Shown: positions 37,431 through 47,539 of the stretch, piece by piece
Numbering within the stretch: the first letter of the stretch is position 1
Layout: every line of letters starts with the position of its first letter
Source: an uncultured Acidobacteriota bacterium
Lineage (GTDB): Bacteria > Acidobacteriota > Thermoanaerobaculia > Multivoradales > UBA5704
Assembly: GCA_963770895.1 (NCBI GenBank)
Contig: CAVYRF010000002.1
Location: forward strand, 4,672,001-4,736,000
DNA length: 64,000 bases
Direction of reading: 5' to 3'
Position numbers and translations under genes: made by a program
Notes under the pieces: model-generated
Told to the model about the DNA's origin: nothing
The model's database searches: none
The model's input: the letters and a program-made list of their open reading frames with translations, nothing else

Positions 37431-38213
37431 ATGCTGCCGACGATTGCTGCTACACGCTATGTGACGCCGCTGCGCGAGGGGGGATCGCTGCCTGCGATTG
37501 TGGAGGCGAGCGACCTGGGGTTCTATGTGCTCAAGTTCCGCGGCGCCGGGCAGGGGCCGCTGGCGCTGGTGGCGGAGGTGATCGCGGGCGAAATTGGGCG
37601 GGCGCTGGGGCTCAAGGTGCCGGCGCTGGCGCTGGTCGAGGTGGATGCGGCGCTGGGCAGGAACGAGCCGGATGCGGAGATCCGCGAGCTGCTGCGGGCG
37701 AGCGTCGGGATCAACCTGGGGGTCGACTACCTGCCGGGGTCGGCGGGCTTCGACGCGGCGGCCGGCGACCCGGTGGCGGCGGAGCTGGCGTCGGCGATCG
37801 TGTGGTTTGACGCGTTTGTGACCAACGTCGATCGCACGCCGCGCAACCCCAACCTGCTGTGGTGGCACCGGACGCTGTTCTTGATCGATCACGGCGCGGC
37901 GCTGTACTTCCACCACGGCTGGCGGGACGTGGAGGCGAATGCGCGCAGCCCGTTTGCGGCGGTGCGCAACCACGTGCTGCTGCCTTGGGCCGGCGCGATC
38001 GAGGAGGCGGACCGGCGGCTGCGGCCGCGGCTGGATGCGGCGCTCTTTGCGCGCATCCTGGACGGCATTCCCGACGCCTGGCTGGCGGGCGAGCCGGGCC
38101 CCGCGCTGCCGGCGGACAAACGCGCCGGCTACCTGGAGTTCCTCAACCTGCGGCTGGCCTCGGCGCCGGCCTTTGTCGAGGAGGCGGTGCGTGCCCGCTC
38201 CCAGCTCGTTTGA
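37431..38213 (+). CDS. HipA-like kinase
   Basis: RYVTPLREGGSLP, YVLKFRGAGQG, NVDRTPRNPNLL, LIDHGAAL. Confidence 0.85.
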   Translation: MLPTIAATRYVTPLREGGSLPAIVEASDLGFYVLKFRGAGQGPLALVAEVIAGEIGRALGLKVPALALVEVDAALGRNEPDAEIRELLRASVGINLGVDYLPGSAGFDAAAGDPVAAELASAIVWFDAFVTNVDRTPRNPNLLWWHRTLFLIDHGAALYFHHGWRDVEANARSPFAAVRNHVLLPWAGAIEEADRRLRPRLDAALFARILDGIPDAWLAGEPGPALPADKRAGYLEFLNLRLASAPAFVEEAVRARSQLV

Positions 38214-38580
38214 TTACGCGGTGGTGCGTATCGTGCCGCGGGTCGAGCGCGAGGAGTTCATCAATGCGGGAGTGGTGCTGTTCTGCCTGGGGCAGGACTT
38301 TCTGAGCGCCAGGACCGAGGTGAATGCGGCGCGCATCCTGGCCTTGTGGCCCGCCGCCGACCTGGACACCATCCGCCACCACCTGGCCGCCGTCCCCAGG
38401 ATCTGCGCCGGCCTTCCCGAAGCCGGCCCCATCGCCAGGCTTTCGCTGCGCGAGCGCTTCCACTGGCTGGTCGCCCCGCGCAGCACCATCATCCAGGTTT
38501 CGCCGGTGCATTCGGGCCTGTGCGAGTCCCCGGCCAGCGCCCTGGACCACCTCTTCCGTCAGATCGTCGACCTGCCCTGA
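38191..38580 (+). CDS. DUF3037-domain protein
   Basis: FDYAVVRIVPRVEREEFINAGV, RFHWLVAPRSTIIQVSPVHSG. Confidence 0.88.
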   Translation: MPAPSSFDYAVVRIVPRVEREEFINAGVVLFCLGQDFLSARTEVNAARILALWPAADLDTIRHHLAAVPRICAGLPEAGPIARLSLRERFHWLVAPRSTIIQVSPVHSGLCESPASALDHLFRQIVDLP

Positions 38581-38646
38581 CCTCCCTGACCTCCCTGACC
38601 CGCTGGCCCCCAGGGTCCGCGGGGGGCGAATGAACCGGGCGGGACA

Positions 38647-39207
38647 CTAGGTTGCGGGGTCGGTGCGCGCCGCCTTGGCGGTGAGGATGGCCTGGCCGAG
38701 GTGCCGCTGGGTGTGCTCGGCCAGGTGTACCGCCAGGCCCATGGCGGTCGTCGGCAGCTGGGCGCGGCCCACAGCGCGAGGTTGGGCGAGACGGGCGGGG
38801 TCGAGCGCGCGCACGACCGCTTCCGCCCGCGTCAGGGCGGCGTCCACCGCGGCCAGCAGCTCTTCCAGGGACGCCCCCGGCGCCATCTCGGCGGCGAGCG
38901 CGGCAAGCTGGCGCGGGGTGAGCGGGCGGCCTTCCAGGTAGGTGGTCAGCCGGTCGACGCTGCCGGCGATGTGGCGCAGCTGAAAACCCAGCGGCGCCAG
39001 CCCCGGCGGGCTGGCCCAGACCTGCCGCTGGCTGAGGCCGTCCGTCCACCGCGCCAGGTCTTCGCGCACCTGCTGGAAGCTGCGCAGCACCGGCGCCAGC
39101 AGCGGATCGACGTCCGGCAGCGGCCCGCGCAGCCAGGGCTCCGGCAACGCCTCCCGGTCCGTCGGCGCGGGGGGGCTGTCAGGTTTGCCGTTGCGCAGGC
39201 GTCTCAT
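38647..39207 (-). CDS. DinB-family protein
   Basis: LRHIAGSVDRL, HLAEHTQRHLGQ His motifs. Confidence 0.85.
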   Translation of the reverse strand: MRRLRNGKPDSPPAPTDREALPEPWLRGPLPDVDPLLAPVLRSFQQVREDLARWTDGLSQRQVWASPPGLAPLGFQLRHIAGSVDRLTTYLEGRPLTPRQLAALAAEMAPGASLEELLAAVDAALTRAEAVVRALDPARLAQPRAVGRAQLPTTAMGLAVHLAEHTQRHLGQAILTAKAARTDPAT

Positions 39208-39208
39208 G

Positions 39209-39613
39209 TCAGCCGCCGGCGCGCTTGGCGCGGTAGCCGGCGGCGGCGAGGTCGGCGGTCAGGCGGTCGGCGTGGTCGCCTTGGATTTCCAGCTCGAAGC
39301 AGGGGTCGCCGGCGCGGGTCTGCGCGGCGCGCAGGCTGCCGCCGCTGCCGTAGCGGCGCTTGAGGTCCGCCAGCAGGGCCGCGGCGTCGGAGCGCACCAG
39401 GACCAGCGGGCCGGCGGTGGTGACCACCTTGCCGCCGCGGCCGGCCTTTTCCCGCCGCACCCGCACGTCCTGCTGCTGGGCGGGCAGGCTGCGCGCCGGC
39501 TCGCAGCGGCAGGGATCGGCGCCGCACCGCGGGCAGCCGGCTGCGGGCCGCGGGCGGCCGGCGGAGCCGTGCTCCGTCGAATAGACCTGCCGGGATACCG
39601 GCGGGCGGGACAC
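39209..39613 (-). CDS. yciH: SUI1/YciH-family translation initiation factor
   Basis: VYSTEHG, REKAGRGGKVVT, LKRRYGSGG, IQGDH, KRAGG. Confidence 0.8.
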   Translation of the reverse strand: MSRPPVSRQVYSTEHGSAGRPRPAAGCPRCGADPCRCEPARSLPAQQQDVRVRREKAGRGGKVVTTAGPLVLVRSDAAALLADLKRRYGSGGSLRAAQTRAGDPCFELEIQGDHADRLTADLAAAGYRAKRAGG

Positions 39614-40020
39614 TAGGCCTGGCCGTCGTCCAGGGTGTATTGGAGATGGTAGGAGTGCTTGCCGTCGGCGATGTCGATCTGCATGGTGCCGGCGAGTCCC
39701 AGCAGCTGGTCGGTGCCGGAATCGGGCACGACCATGATGCTGAGCTGCGGCACGCCGCGGGTCATGACGCCGTGGTGTTGCAGGGCGAAGCTGCCGTTGC
39801 GGCCGTGCAGGTGGCCGGTGACGTGCTCGATGGCGACGTAGCCGGCCGAGCCTTTGACCGCGGTGCCGGCGCTCAGCATCTCACCCTGGGAGGTGGCTTC
39901 CAGGTCGCCGCGGTACTGCTTGGCAAGCGCGAAGCGGCCCAGCACCGCGGCGGTGCCTGGGTCGGCGGTCTGCTGCGGGGTCATTTTGACTTCGAAGCTG
40001 CCCTTGCCCTGCTCCGCCAT
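39613..40020 (-). CDS. DUF3224-domain protein
   Basis: KQYRGDLEATSQGEML, SAGYVAIE, VVPDSGTDQLLGLAG. Confidence 0.88.
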   Translation of the reverse strand: MAEQGKGSFEVKMTPQQTADPGTAAVLGRFALAKQYRGDLEATSQGEMLSAGTAVKGSAGYVAIEHVTGHLHGRNGSFALQHHGVMTRGVPQLSIMVVPDSGTDQLLGLAGTMQIDIADGKHSYHLQYTLDDGQA

Positions 40021-40120
40021 CGGCGTTTTGCCTCCGTTGTGTCAGCTGTGCCGGCTGCCTGGATCTGCCCCGGCGTGCCGCGGTAACCAGGCGGTAGTAT
40101 ATACCTTCCCGCACAATGCA

Positions 40121-40155
40121 GTCGAGGCCCGCGGCAGAAACGTGCGGGCCTCGAC
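40121..40155 (-). terminator. Probable intrinsic terminator hairpin
   Basis: Perfect 12-bp stem GTCGAGGCCCGC/GCGGGCCTCGAC, 40 bp past the stop at 40196. Confidence 0.55.
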
Positions 40156-40195
40156 GGCAGGGTTGTGGATCAGCGATTTGTGGGCGGAGGCGGGA

Positions 40196-40750
40196 TCAGG
40201 CGCCCATGAACTCGACGTGGACGTAGGTGCCGAGCCGCACGTTGTAGGCCAGGTAATAGCCCGGATGGTCCGGGTCCTCGTAGATCACGATCTGGTCGCT
40301 GCCCCAGAGCCAATCGCCGCAGTAGCCGTAGTCGTACGCTGCGACGCTGAAGAAATAGCCGCCGATCGCGAACCGCTCGCGGCCGCCGCCGGTCAGGCGG
40401 TAGACGTGGCCGGGGCCGAAGCCGCCGGGGAAGTGGCCGTGGGCCCAGGGGTGATCCAGGTGGTAGTGGGCGTCGCCCGGTCCGCTGTCGTGACCCACCC
40501 AGCGATCGGTTTTTGCGTCCACGTGCGGCGCGTCGGGATGTCCGGGCTGTTCGGCGAAATGCCGCGCTTGCGGGGCGGCGGGGCGCGCCGGGGTGCCGTG
40601 GGGCGCCGGGGTGCCGTGGGACGCCTCCGGACCGTGCGCCGGGATGTGCCCGCCGCCGACTTCGTGCTCGTTGCCGCGTGGCTGCTGCGCCAGGACGGCA
40701 AGCGAAAAAAGCATCAGGGGTGCTGCCAGCGCCAAGACCAGTCTCTTCAT
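40196..40750 (-). CDS. Secreted His/Gly-rich hypothetical protein
   Basis: RBS AGGAGG; signal peptide; C-terminal [24 protein letters not shown]. Confidence 0.75.
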   Translation of the reverse strand: MKRLVLALAAPLMLFSLAVLAQQPRGNEHEVGGGHIPAHGPEASHGTPAPHGTPARPAAPQARHFAEQPGHPDAPHVDAKTDRWVGHDSGPGDAHYHLDHPWAHGHFPGGFGPGHVYRLTGGGRERFAIGGYFFSVAAYDYGYCGDWLWGSDQIVIYEDPDHPGYYLAYNVRLGTYVHVEFMGA

Positions 40751-41032
40751 GCGGCCTCCCCTCCTGTCCAAGGAGTCTGTAATCCAGTCCGTCTCTTATG
40801 GAATCGCCAAACAGAAGTTGACTCAATGGAAGCGCTCGGTGGCCGGCTGGTGCGCCTGGCACCGCCGTCGCCGCTACGCCTCCCCGCAGAACAGGGCCTG
40901 CAGGAACTGTGCCTTCTTCCCCGCGATGCCGGCGCGCGGCTGGCCAGCGGCCGGCCTGGCGCGCCGGTCGCCCGGTCCCGCGGGGCGCCGATGCCCAGGC
41001 AGGGGAGAGGGACCAGGGTAAGATGGCGCGCG

Positions 41033-42811
41033 ATGGCACGCAGGTCCCCCAAACGACGGCAGACGCGCGGTGCGGCGCCGGGCGCGCCGCAGAGCCGCCG
41101 GGAAGCGGTCCGTCCGCCACCCGGCGCCGCCGCCTGGGTGTGGCTGCTTGCCGCGCTCGCGACGCTGGCGGTCTACTGGTCGACCACCCATTTTCAGCTG
41201 CTGCTCGACGACGTGATCCTGTTCAAGACCAGCCCATCGTTGCGCACCCTGGCCAGCATTCCGCGCGGCTTCGTCACCGACCTGGGCGCCGTGCGCAAGG
41301 GCTCGACGACGGTGCAGGGAAGCTTCTATCGCCCGGTTTTCCTGGCCCTGTCGACGCTCTACTACCAGTGGGTGGGGCCGGGTCCCGGCGGCTGGCACGT
41401 GGCGTCGGTGGTGCTGGCTGCCGTCGTCGCGGCGCTTGCCAGCTGGTTTTTCCGCCGCGTCGGCCTGCCGCCTTTTGCGGCGCTCCTGGCCGCCCTGGTC
41501 TTTGCGCTGCACCCTTCGCACGTCAGCTCGGTCGCCTGGGTTTCCGGCATCCAGGAGCAGCTGGCGGCGCTGTTCGTCCTGGTGGCGCTGATCGCCTTGC
41601 TCTCGCCGGTGGCGGACGAGCACCCGCGGCGAACCCTGGCGATCGCCATCGGCGCCTTTGTCTGCGCCCTGCTGAGCAAGGAGGTGTCGCTGGCGCTCCT
41701 CCCCATGGTGGGGGTCTGGGCGCTCGTCCGCCGCGGCGATCAGCCTGAGGAGTCGCGGCGCTTCGCCCGCGCCACCGCCTGGTTTGGCGGCGTCGCGGTG
41801 CTCTACCTGGGCGTCCGCCTGGCGGTGCTGGGCGCCTTCGCCAGGCCGTGGGCCGAGGCGCCGGGCTTTGCCCGCGCGGTGCCCTCGGTGCCGCTGGCCT
41901 TCGTCACCTACGTGCACCTGCTGGTGTGGCCGACCGCCTTTTCGTTCTTCCGCCCCGAGCGGCCGTTCTGGGGGGTTTTCGACCTGCCGGTGCTGGTTTC
42001 GGCGGCGGTGCTGCTGGCGCTCGTGGCGCTCGCCTGGTTCGGCGTCAAGCGGCGGCCGCAGCTGCTGCTGCCGCTCGCCTGGTTCGTCGTCTGGCTGCTG
42101 CCGGTGATGAACTTCTGGGCCCTCTATCCCGAGTGGATGGTCACCGACCGCTACCTGTACCTGCCGTCGCTGGCGCTGCCGTGGGCGCTCTACGTGCTGC
42201 TGCCGCGCCGTGCGGCGGCGCCGGCGCTGGCCGCGGTGGCGGTGGTGTTCGCCCTGCTCACGCTGCGCTACGCGGCGATCTTCGTCGACGCCAAGACCTT
42301 TTCCATGGCGATGGAGAAGGCCGAGCCCACCAGCTCCTACATCGTCGAAGAGCGGGCGCGCGTCTACCTGGTCGAAGGCCAGACCGCGGCGGCCGAGGCC
42401 GCCTACCGGCGGGCGCTGACCATCGATCCCTGGGACGCCGACGCGCTGTGGAAGGTGGGCAACTTCGAACGCCAGCGCGGCGACTTTGCCGCCGCGCGGC
42501 TGCACTACCGCCGCGCCGCCCTGCAGGCGCCCAACGACAGCACGCCCTTCATGACCCTGGCCTATGCCATGGCCAAGGCCGGCCAGCGCAAGCAGGCCCT
42601 GGCGCTGCTGCGCGAAACGGAGTACCGCTGGCCGGACCGCTTCGAGCCGCACCTGCTGCAGGCCCTGCTGCTGGCCGACGCCGGCGACCGTGCCGGCGCG
42701 GAGCAGGCGTTTGCCGCGGCGCGCCGGGTCCGGCCGCAGGAGCCGATCCTCGGCCAGGGCCTGGACCACGCGATCGCGGTGCTGTCCGCCGGCATCGGCC
42801 TGTCCAACTAG
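41033..42811 (+). CDS. TMTC-like GT-C membrane glycosyltransferase with C-terminal TPR
   Basis: FQLLLDD, FYRPV, FALHPSHVSSVAWVSG, LLSKE, DRYLYLPS, TPR tail. Confidence 0.82.
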   Translation: MARRSPKRRQTRGAAPGAPQSRREAVRPPPGAAAWVWLLAALATLAVYWSTTHFQLLLDDVILFKTSPSLRTLASIPRGFVTDLGAVRKGSTTVQGSFYRPVFLALSTLYYQWVGPGPGGWHVASVVLAAVVAALASWFFRRVGLPPFAALLAALVFALHPSHVSSVAWVSGIQEQLAALFVLVALIALLSPVADEHPRRTLAIAIGAFVCALLSKEVSLALLPMVGVWALVRRGDQPEESRRFARATAWFGGVAVLYLGVRLAVLGAFARPWAEAPGFARAVPSVPLAFVTYVHLLVWPTAFSFFRPERPFWGVFDLPVLVSAAVLLALVALAWFGVKRRPQLLLPLAWFVVWLLPVMNFWALYPEWMVTDRYLYLPSLALPWALYVLLPRRAAAPALAAVAVVFALLTLRYAAIFVDAKTFSMAMEKAEPTSSYIVEERARVYLVEGQTAAAEAAYRRALTIDPWDADALWKVGNFERQRGDFAAARLHYRRAALQAPNDSTPFMTLAYAMAKAGQRKQALALLRETEYRWPDRFEPHLLQALLLADAGDRAGAEQAFAAARRVRPQEPILGQGLDHAIAVLSAGIGLSN

Positions 42812-42872
42812 GCCACTACCAGGCGCGCGGCGCGCCCGCCGTCTGGCGGCGTGGCGCACGCGGCGCCGCGGA

Positions 42873-45488
42873 TCAGTCGGCGCGCAAGGCGACCATCGGG
42901 TCGACGCTGGCGGCGCGCTGGGCGGGCAGCAGGCCGGTGATGACCGAAACCAGGATCATCACCACGGTGGCGATGCCGATGGTCAGCGGATCGCCGGCGC
43001 TCAGCCCGAACAGCTGACTCTTGGCCAGCGGCGCGGCGATCAGGGCCGCGGGCAGGCCGACGGCGATGCCGATGGCGCTGAGCAGCAGCGTTTCGCGCAG
43101 CACCAGGCCGAGAATGCTGGCGCGATGGGCGCCCAGCGCCATGCGCAGGCCGATCTCGCTGGTGCGGCGGGCGACGCCGTAGGCCATGACGCCGTACAGG
43201 CCGATGCCGGCGAGCGCCAGCGCCAGCGCGCCGAAGATGCCGGTCAGCCGCGCGACCGCCTGGTCGCCGCCCAGCGAGTTGCCGATCTGCTCCTGGACGG
43301 TGACGATCCTGACGATCGGCAGGTTCGGCTCCACTTCGCGCAGCACCCGGCGCAGCGACGCGGCCAGCGGGCCGGGGTCGCCCGTGGTGCCGATCTCCAG
43401 GTCGCTCAACGCGTCGGTGACCTGCGCCACCGGCAGGAACACCGTCATCGGCGGCGTCCGCTCCTTGACGCTGTTGATCCTGGCGTCGCGCACCACGCCG
43501 ACGATCGCGGTTTCGTCGTCCTTGATCTTGAGGCCGAAGCGGCGGCCGAGGACCGATCCGGGCGGGTAGAAGTGGCGCGCCATGGCTTCGCTGACCACCG
43601 CCACGCTGGCGCCGCCGGCGCGGTCCTGGGGTCCGAGGTCGCGCCCCTCCACCAGCTTCATGCCCACCGTGTCGAAGTAGTGCGGCGTCACCAGCATGAC
43701 CTGTACGTCGTCGGCTTCGCCCTTGCGCGCCGTGTAGCCGGGCACCAGGGCCGAGCTGGTGCGCCCGCTGCCGCCGACCAGCGGAAAGAGCGACAGGCTG
43801 GCGGAGCGCACGCCCGGCAGGGCGCCGACGCGATCGAGCAGGCGCTGGTAGAGGTTGGCGAGCTGCGCATCGCTCCGCCCCAGCAGGCGCGGGTTGATCC
43901 GCACGAGCAGCAGGTGATCGCGCGCGAAGCCGGGCTGCACCCGGTTGAGGTTGTCCAGGCTGCGCAGAAAGAGGCCGGCGCCGATCAGCAGCAGCAGCGA
44001 CAGGCTGACCTGGGCGACCACCAGCACCTTGCCCACCGGCAGGCGCGAGCGCCCCTCGCCGGTACCCTGCAGCGTCCCGCGGCCGGCCTTGAGGTGCTCG
44101 CCGACGTCGAGACGCGTCGCCTGCAGGGCCGGCACGACGCCGAACAGCAGGGCGGTGCACAGGCTGGCGCCGCCGGCGAACGCCAGCATGCGCAGGTCGA
44201 GCCCGGTGTCGAGCGCCAGCGTCGAAGCGTCGATCGCGGCCAGGCCGAGCAGCAGCCGGCGACCCCAGAAGGCGATCGCCACGCCGCCGGCGCCGCCGGC
44301 GACGGCCAGCAGAGCGCTCTCGGTCAGCAGCTGGCGCACCAGGCGGCCGCGGGCGGCGCCGACGGACATGCGCACGGCGATCTCCTTGCGCCGGCCGGCG
44401 GCGCGCGCCAGCAGCAGGTTGGCGATGTTGGCGCAGGCGATCAGCAGCACCAGCCCGGCGGCGCTCATCAGGATGAACAGCGGCAGCGAATATGCGTTGC
44501 GCAGCCGCGACACGCCGCGATCCGCCGGCAGCGCCTCGATCCGCACCTGCATCAGGTCGTCGCGCGCGTCGGTGTCGCCGCCGACGAACGTCGCGGCGGT
44601 GTACTGGTGGAACAGCACGTCCATCTCGGCCTGGGCGGTGGCCGCCGAGACGCCGGGGCGGAGGCGGCCGATGATGTTGAGAAACGCGATGCGCGGCTCG
44701 GTGACCCACGGCTTGTCCAGGTCGACCTCGGCGTACATCGAGGCGTTGGTGCGGTACTTGACTTCGCGCTGCATCATCAGCGGCAGGAAGAAGTCGGGTG
44801 CGCTGCCGACGAGCACGCCGAAAAAGCCCTTGGGCGCCACGCCGACGATGGTGAAGGGGGTGCCGTTGAGGGTCACCACCTGGCCGATCGCCGCCGCCTG
44901 GGCGCCGTAGCGCCGCTGCCAGTAGCCGTAGCTGATGACCGCCACCGGGTGGGCGCCCGGCGTCAGGTCGTCGGCGGGACCGAGCAGCCGTCCCGCCGCC
45001 GGCAGCACCCCCAGGCCGGAAAAGAAGTTGCCCGAAACCAGCTGGCCGTTGGCCGACTCGCTGGGCGCCTCGGCGTAGGAGCTGGCGGGATCGGCGGCGC
45101 TCGCGGGGGTCGCGGAAGTCGCGGGCCCTGCCGGGGCCGCGGCGTTGTCCGGCCGTCCGCCCGGCGCGCCGGCGGCGCGCACCATCAGCTGCGTATCGCG
45201 GGTGTAGGCGACCAGCGCCTGCAGCGTCCGGGAGCGCTCCTGCGCGTAGCGGATCATGGGGCCGGAGAAGCGGTTGTCGTTGGGGCCAGAGGCCAGGCGA
45301 TAGCTGACCAGCCGGCCCGCCTCGGGCACCGGCAGGCGCCGCAGCATCACGGCGTCGATCAGGCTGAACAGCGCCGTCACGCCGCCCAGCCCCAGCGCCA
45401 GCGACAGCACCGCCACCGCGGTGACCGCGCGGCTCTTGCGCAGCGTCCGCACGGCGAAGCGAAGGTCCTTGCCAAGTGCCTCGAACAT
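42873..45488 (-). CDS. ADOP-family duplicated ABC permease
   Basis: DLRFAVRTLRK, LIACANIANLLLARA..RRKEIAVR, QVSLSLLLLIGAGLF, RRTSEIGLRMALGA, VDPMVALR. Confidence 0.92.
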   Translation of the reverse strand: MFEALGKDLRFAVRTLRKSRAVTAVAVLSLALGLGGVTALFSLIDAVMLRRLPVPEAGRLVSYRLASGPNDNRFSGPMIRYAQERSRTLQALVAYTRDTQLMVRAAGAPGGRPDNAAAPAGPATSATPASAADPASSYAEAPSESANGQLVSGNFFSGLGVLPAAGRLLGPADDLTPGAHPVAVISYGYWQRRYGAQAAAIGQVVTLNGTPFTIVGVAPKGFFGVLVGSAPDFFLPLMMQREVKYRTNASMYAEVDLDKPWVTEPRIAFLNIIGRLRPGVSAATAQAEMDVLFHQYTAATFVGGDTDARDDLMQVRIEALPADRGVSRLRNAYSLPLFILMSAAGLVLLIACANIANLLLARAAGRRKEIAVRMSVGAARGRLVRQLLTESALLAVAGGAGGVAIAFWGRRLLLGLAAIDASTLALDTGLDLRMLAFAGGASLCTALLFGVVPALQATRLDVGEHLKAGRGTLQGTGEGRSRLPVGKVLVVAQVSLSLLLLIGAGLFLRSLDNLNRVQPGFARDHLLLVRINPRLLGRSDAQLANLYQRLLDRVGALPGVRSASLSLFPLVGGSGRTSSALVPGYTARKGEADDVQVMLVTPHYFDTVGMKLVEGRDLGPQDRAGGASVAVVSEAMARHFYPPGSVLGRRFGLKIKDDETAIVGVVRDARINSVKERTPPMTVFLPVAQVTDALSDLEIGTTGDPGPLAASLRRVLREVEPNLPIVRIVTVQEQIGNSLGGDQAVARLTGIFGALALALAGIGLYGVMAYGVARRTSEIGLRMALGAHRASILGLVLRETLLLSAIGIAVGLPAALIAAPLAKSQLFGLSAGDPLTIGIATVVMILVSVITGLLPAQRAASVDPMVALRAD

Positions 45489-45638
45489 GTTGAGCGTCTC
45501 CTCTGCCGCGCCGCACGCCGGCGCGACCGCGGCAGCGGCAGCGGAGCTGCCGGCCACGGCCGCGAGCGCCGGCGGCGTCGCAGATGGATACGCACGAACG
45601 CCGGCCAGGTTATCGGCGCGGCGTCCGTGGCTCTTGGG

Positions 45639-46373
45639 CTATTTCAATGGAGGGAGGACGCTGAAGGTGGTCAGGTCGATGAAGTTCTGATTGGTCCCGG
45701 CGGTCGAGCTGTAGGTCTGGAATTGGCAGGGGACGTTGGTCGTCGGCCCGCAGGTGGGAAAGACCCGGGTGACGGTGAGGTCGAACGGCTCGGTGGTGGC
45801 GCTGGCGACGAACACCCAGTAGGCGGCGTTGACCGCCGTGCCGTCCAGGATCTTGAGCGAGACCTCGGTCGAGGTGGGATCGAAGAACCAGAAATAGCCG
45901 GATCCGTCGGACACCTGGACGGCGCTGGCGTTGTGGCTGCCGCTGCCGTCGTGCCACGTCAGGGTGGCCTGGAAGCCGCCGCTGATCATGTTGAGGGCAG
46001 TCGCGGGCGCATTGACCTGAAACACGCTGGTGGCCACCACGTTGCCCGAAAAGTCCAGCTGCCGGACCGTGTAGCTGCCCGCGGCAAGCGTCCCCAGCGG
46101 GAACTCTTGCCCCACCGGGCACGATCCCACCGGCTGGACCGCTACCGGCCCCTCCTGCAGCGTGATCGTGTGGCCCGCGATGGTGGGCGGTCCGGACACG
46201 TCTATGCAGGTCGGCTCGACCACCAGGTGGATGCTGTCGCTGGTGGTCGGCAGGGCGGGGCTGATCAGGATCGGGACCTGCGCGGAGAGCGAGCTGCCGA
46301 TTGCCAGTAGCAGGGCCAGGATGGACAGCAGCACGCGGCGGCGGGGCAGGGCACGCAACGACGGGGTACACAT
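45639..46373 (-). CDS. Secreted hypothetical protein, paralog B
   Basis: RBS GGAGG; signal peptide; C-domain SGYFWFFDP..EVSLKILDG.AVN..YWVF. Confidence 0.8.
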   Translation of the reverse strand: MCTPSLRALPRRRVLLSILALLLAIGSSLSAQVPILISPALPTTSDSIHLVVEPTCIDVSGPPTIAGHTITLQEGPVAVQPVGSCPVGQEFPLGTLAAGSYTVRQLDFSGNVVATSVFQVNAPATALNMISGGFQATLTWHDGSGSHNASAVQVSDGSGYFWFFDPTSTEVSLKILDGTAVNAAYWVFVASATTEPFDLTVTRVFPTCGPTTNVPCQFQTYSSTAGTNQNFIDLTTFSVLPPLK

Positions 46374-46476
46374 CGGACACCTCCGGTCTTTGGTTTGCCT
46401 GGTCGAGGCCGGCGACGCAAAGCGACCCAGACGCAGGACAGGCTCAGCGGGATCGGTCGCCGGCCTGGTGCCCATT

Positions 46477-46505
46477 ATGGTATATCAACATTTCGGTTTG
46501 TACAA
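46477..46505 (-). promoter_or_regulatory. Sigma70-type promoter, paralog B
   Basis: TTGTAC-17 bp-TACCAT; spacer conserved with 47385-47413. Confidence 0.6.
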
Positions 46506-46618
46506 GACCGGTTGACTGCTCCGGCTGGCCGGGCTCCGACGAGCGGAGCACCTGTTCGCGCCCGCCAGGTTCAGGTCGCGGAAGCTGCGGCCCTCGACGG
46601 CGCGTCGCTCCTGGGGGA

Positions 46619-47356
46619 TCAAGGTGCAGTGGGGGGCCTGAAGGCGCTCAGGTCGATGAAATTCTGATTGGTCCCCGCGGTTGCGGCGTAGTCCTTGGAC
46701 GAGCAGGCGACGGTCGTCGGCGGCCCGCAGTTGGCCAGGACCTGGGTGATGGTGAGGTCGAACGGGACGGTGGTGGAGCTGGCGACGAACACCCAGTAGG
46801 CGCCGTTGACCGCCGTGCCGTCCAGGATCTTGAGCGAGACCTCGGTCGAAGCGGGATCGAAGAACCAGAAATAGCCGGATTTGTCGGACACCTGGACGGC
46901 ACCGGCGGCGTGGTTGCCGCTGCCTGCGATGCCGGCGTCGTGCCACGACAGGGTGGCCTGGAAGCCGCCGCCAATCATGTTGAGGGCGGTCGCGGGCGCG
47001 TTGACCTGAAACACGCTGGCGGCCAGCAGGTCACCCGAAAAGTCCACCTGCCGGACCGTGTAGCTGCCCGCGGCAAGCGCCCCCAGCGGGTAGTCGTGCG
47101 GCACCGGGCACTCGCCGCCCGGGATGGGCGGCCCCACCTTCAGCGTGATCCTGTTGCCCGCGATGGTGGGCGGCGCGAACGCGTCGAGGCAGGTCGCCTC
47201 GACCACCAGGTGGACGGTGTCGCTGGTGGTCGGCAGGGCGGGGCTGATCAGGATCGGGGTCTGCGCGGCCAGCGAGCCGCCGGTTGCCAGCAGCACGGCC
47301 AGGCTCGCCAGCAGCGCGCGACGACGGAGCAGGGAACGTAACGACGGTGCACACAT
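46619..47356 (-). CDS. Secreted hypothetical protein, paralog A
   Basis: Tandem paralog of 45639-46373 with the same motifs. Confidence 0.8.
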   Translation of the reverse strand: MCAPSLRSLLRRRALLASLAVLLATGGSLAAQTPILISPALPTTSDTVHLVVEATCLDAFAPPTIAGNRITLKVGPPIPGGECPVPHDYPLGALAAGSYTVRQVDFSGDLLAASVFQVNAPATALNMIGGGFQATLSWHDAGIAGSGNHAAGAVQVSDKSGYFWFFDPASTEVSLKILDGTAVNGAYWVFVASSTTVPFDLTITQVLANCGPPTTVACSSKDYAATAGTNQNFIDLSAFRPPTAP

Positions 47357-47384
47357 CGGACACCTCCGGTCTTCGGGTTTCTGT

Positions 47385-47413
47385 ATGCTATATCAACATT
47401 TCGAAGTGCGCAA
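47385..47413 (-). promoter_or_regulatory. Sigma70-type promoter, paralog A
   Basis: TTGCGC-17 bp-TAGCAT. Confidence 0.6.
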
Positions 47414-47539
47414 GATTGGTCGGCTGCCCTGGGGCTGACGGCTGCGCCGGGCAGGTGGAACGAGAAAGGCCTGGTCGCTGGAGTGCGGATCGAAGGTTGT
47501 CTATGATGGCTAAGGTTCGTGACTTTGTAAGGAATTCCC

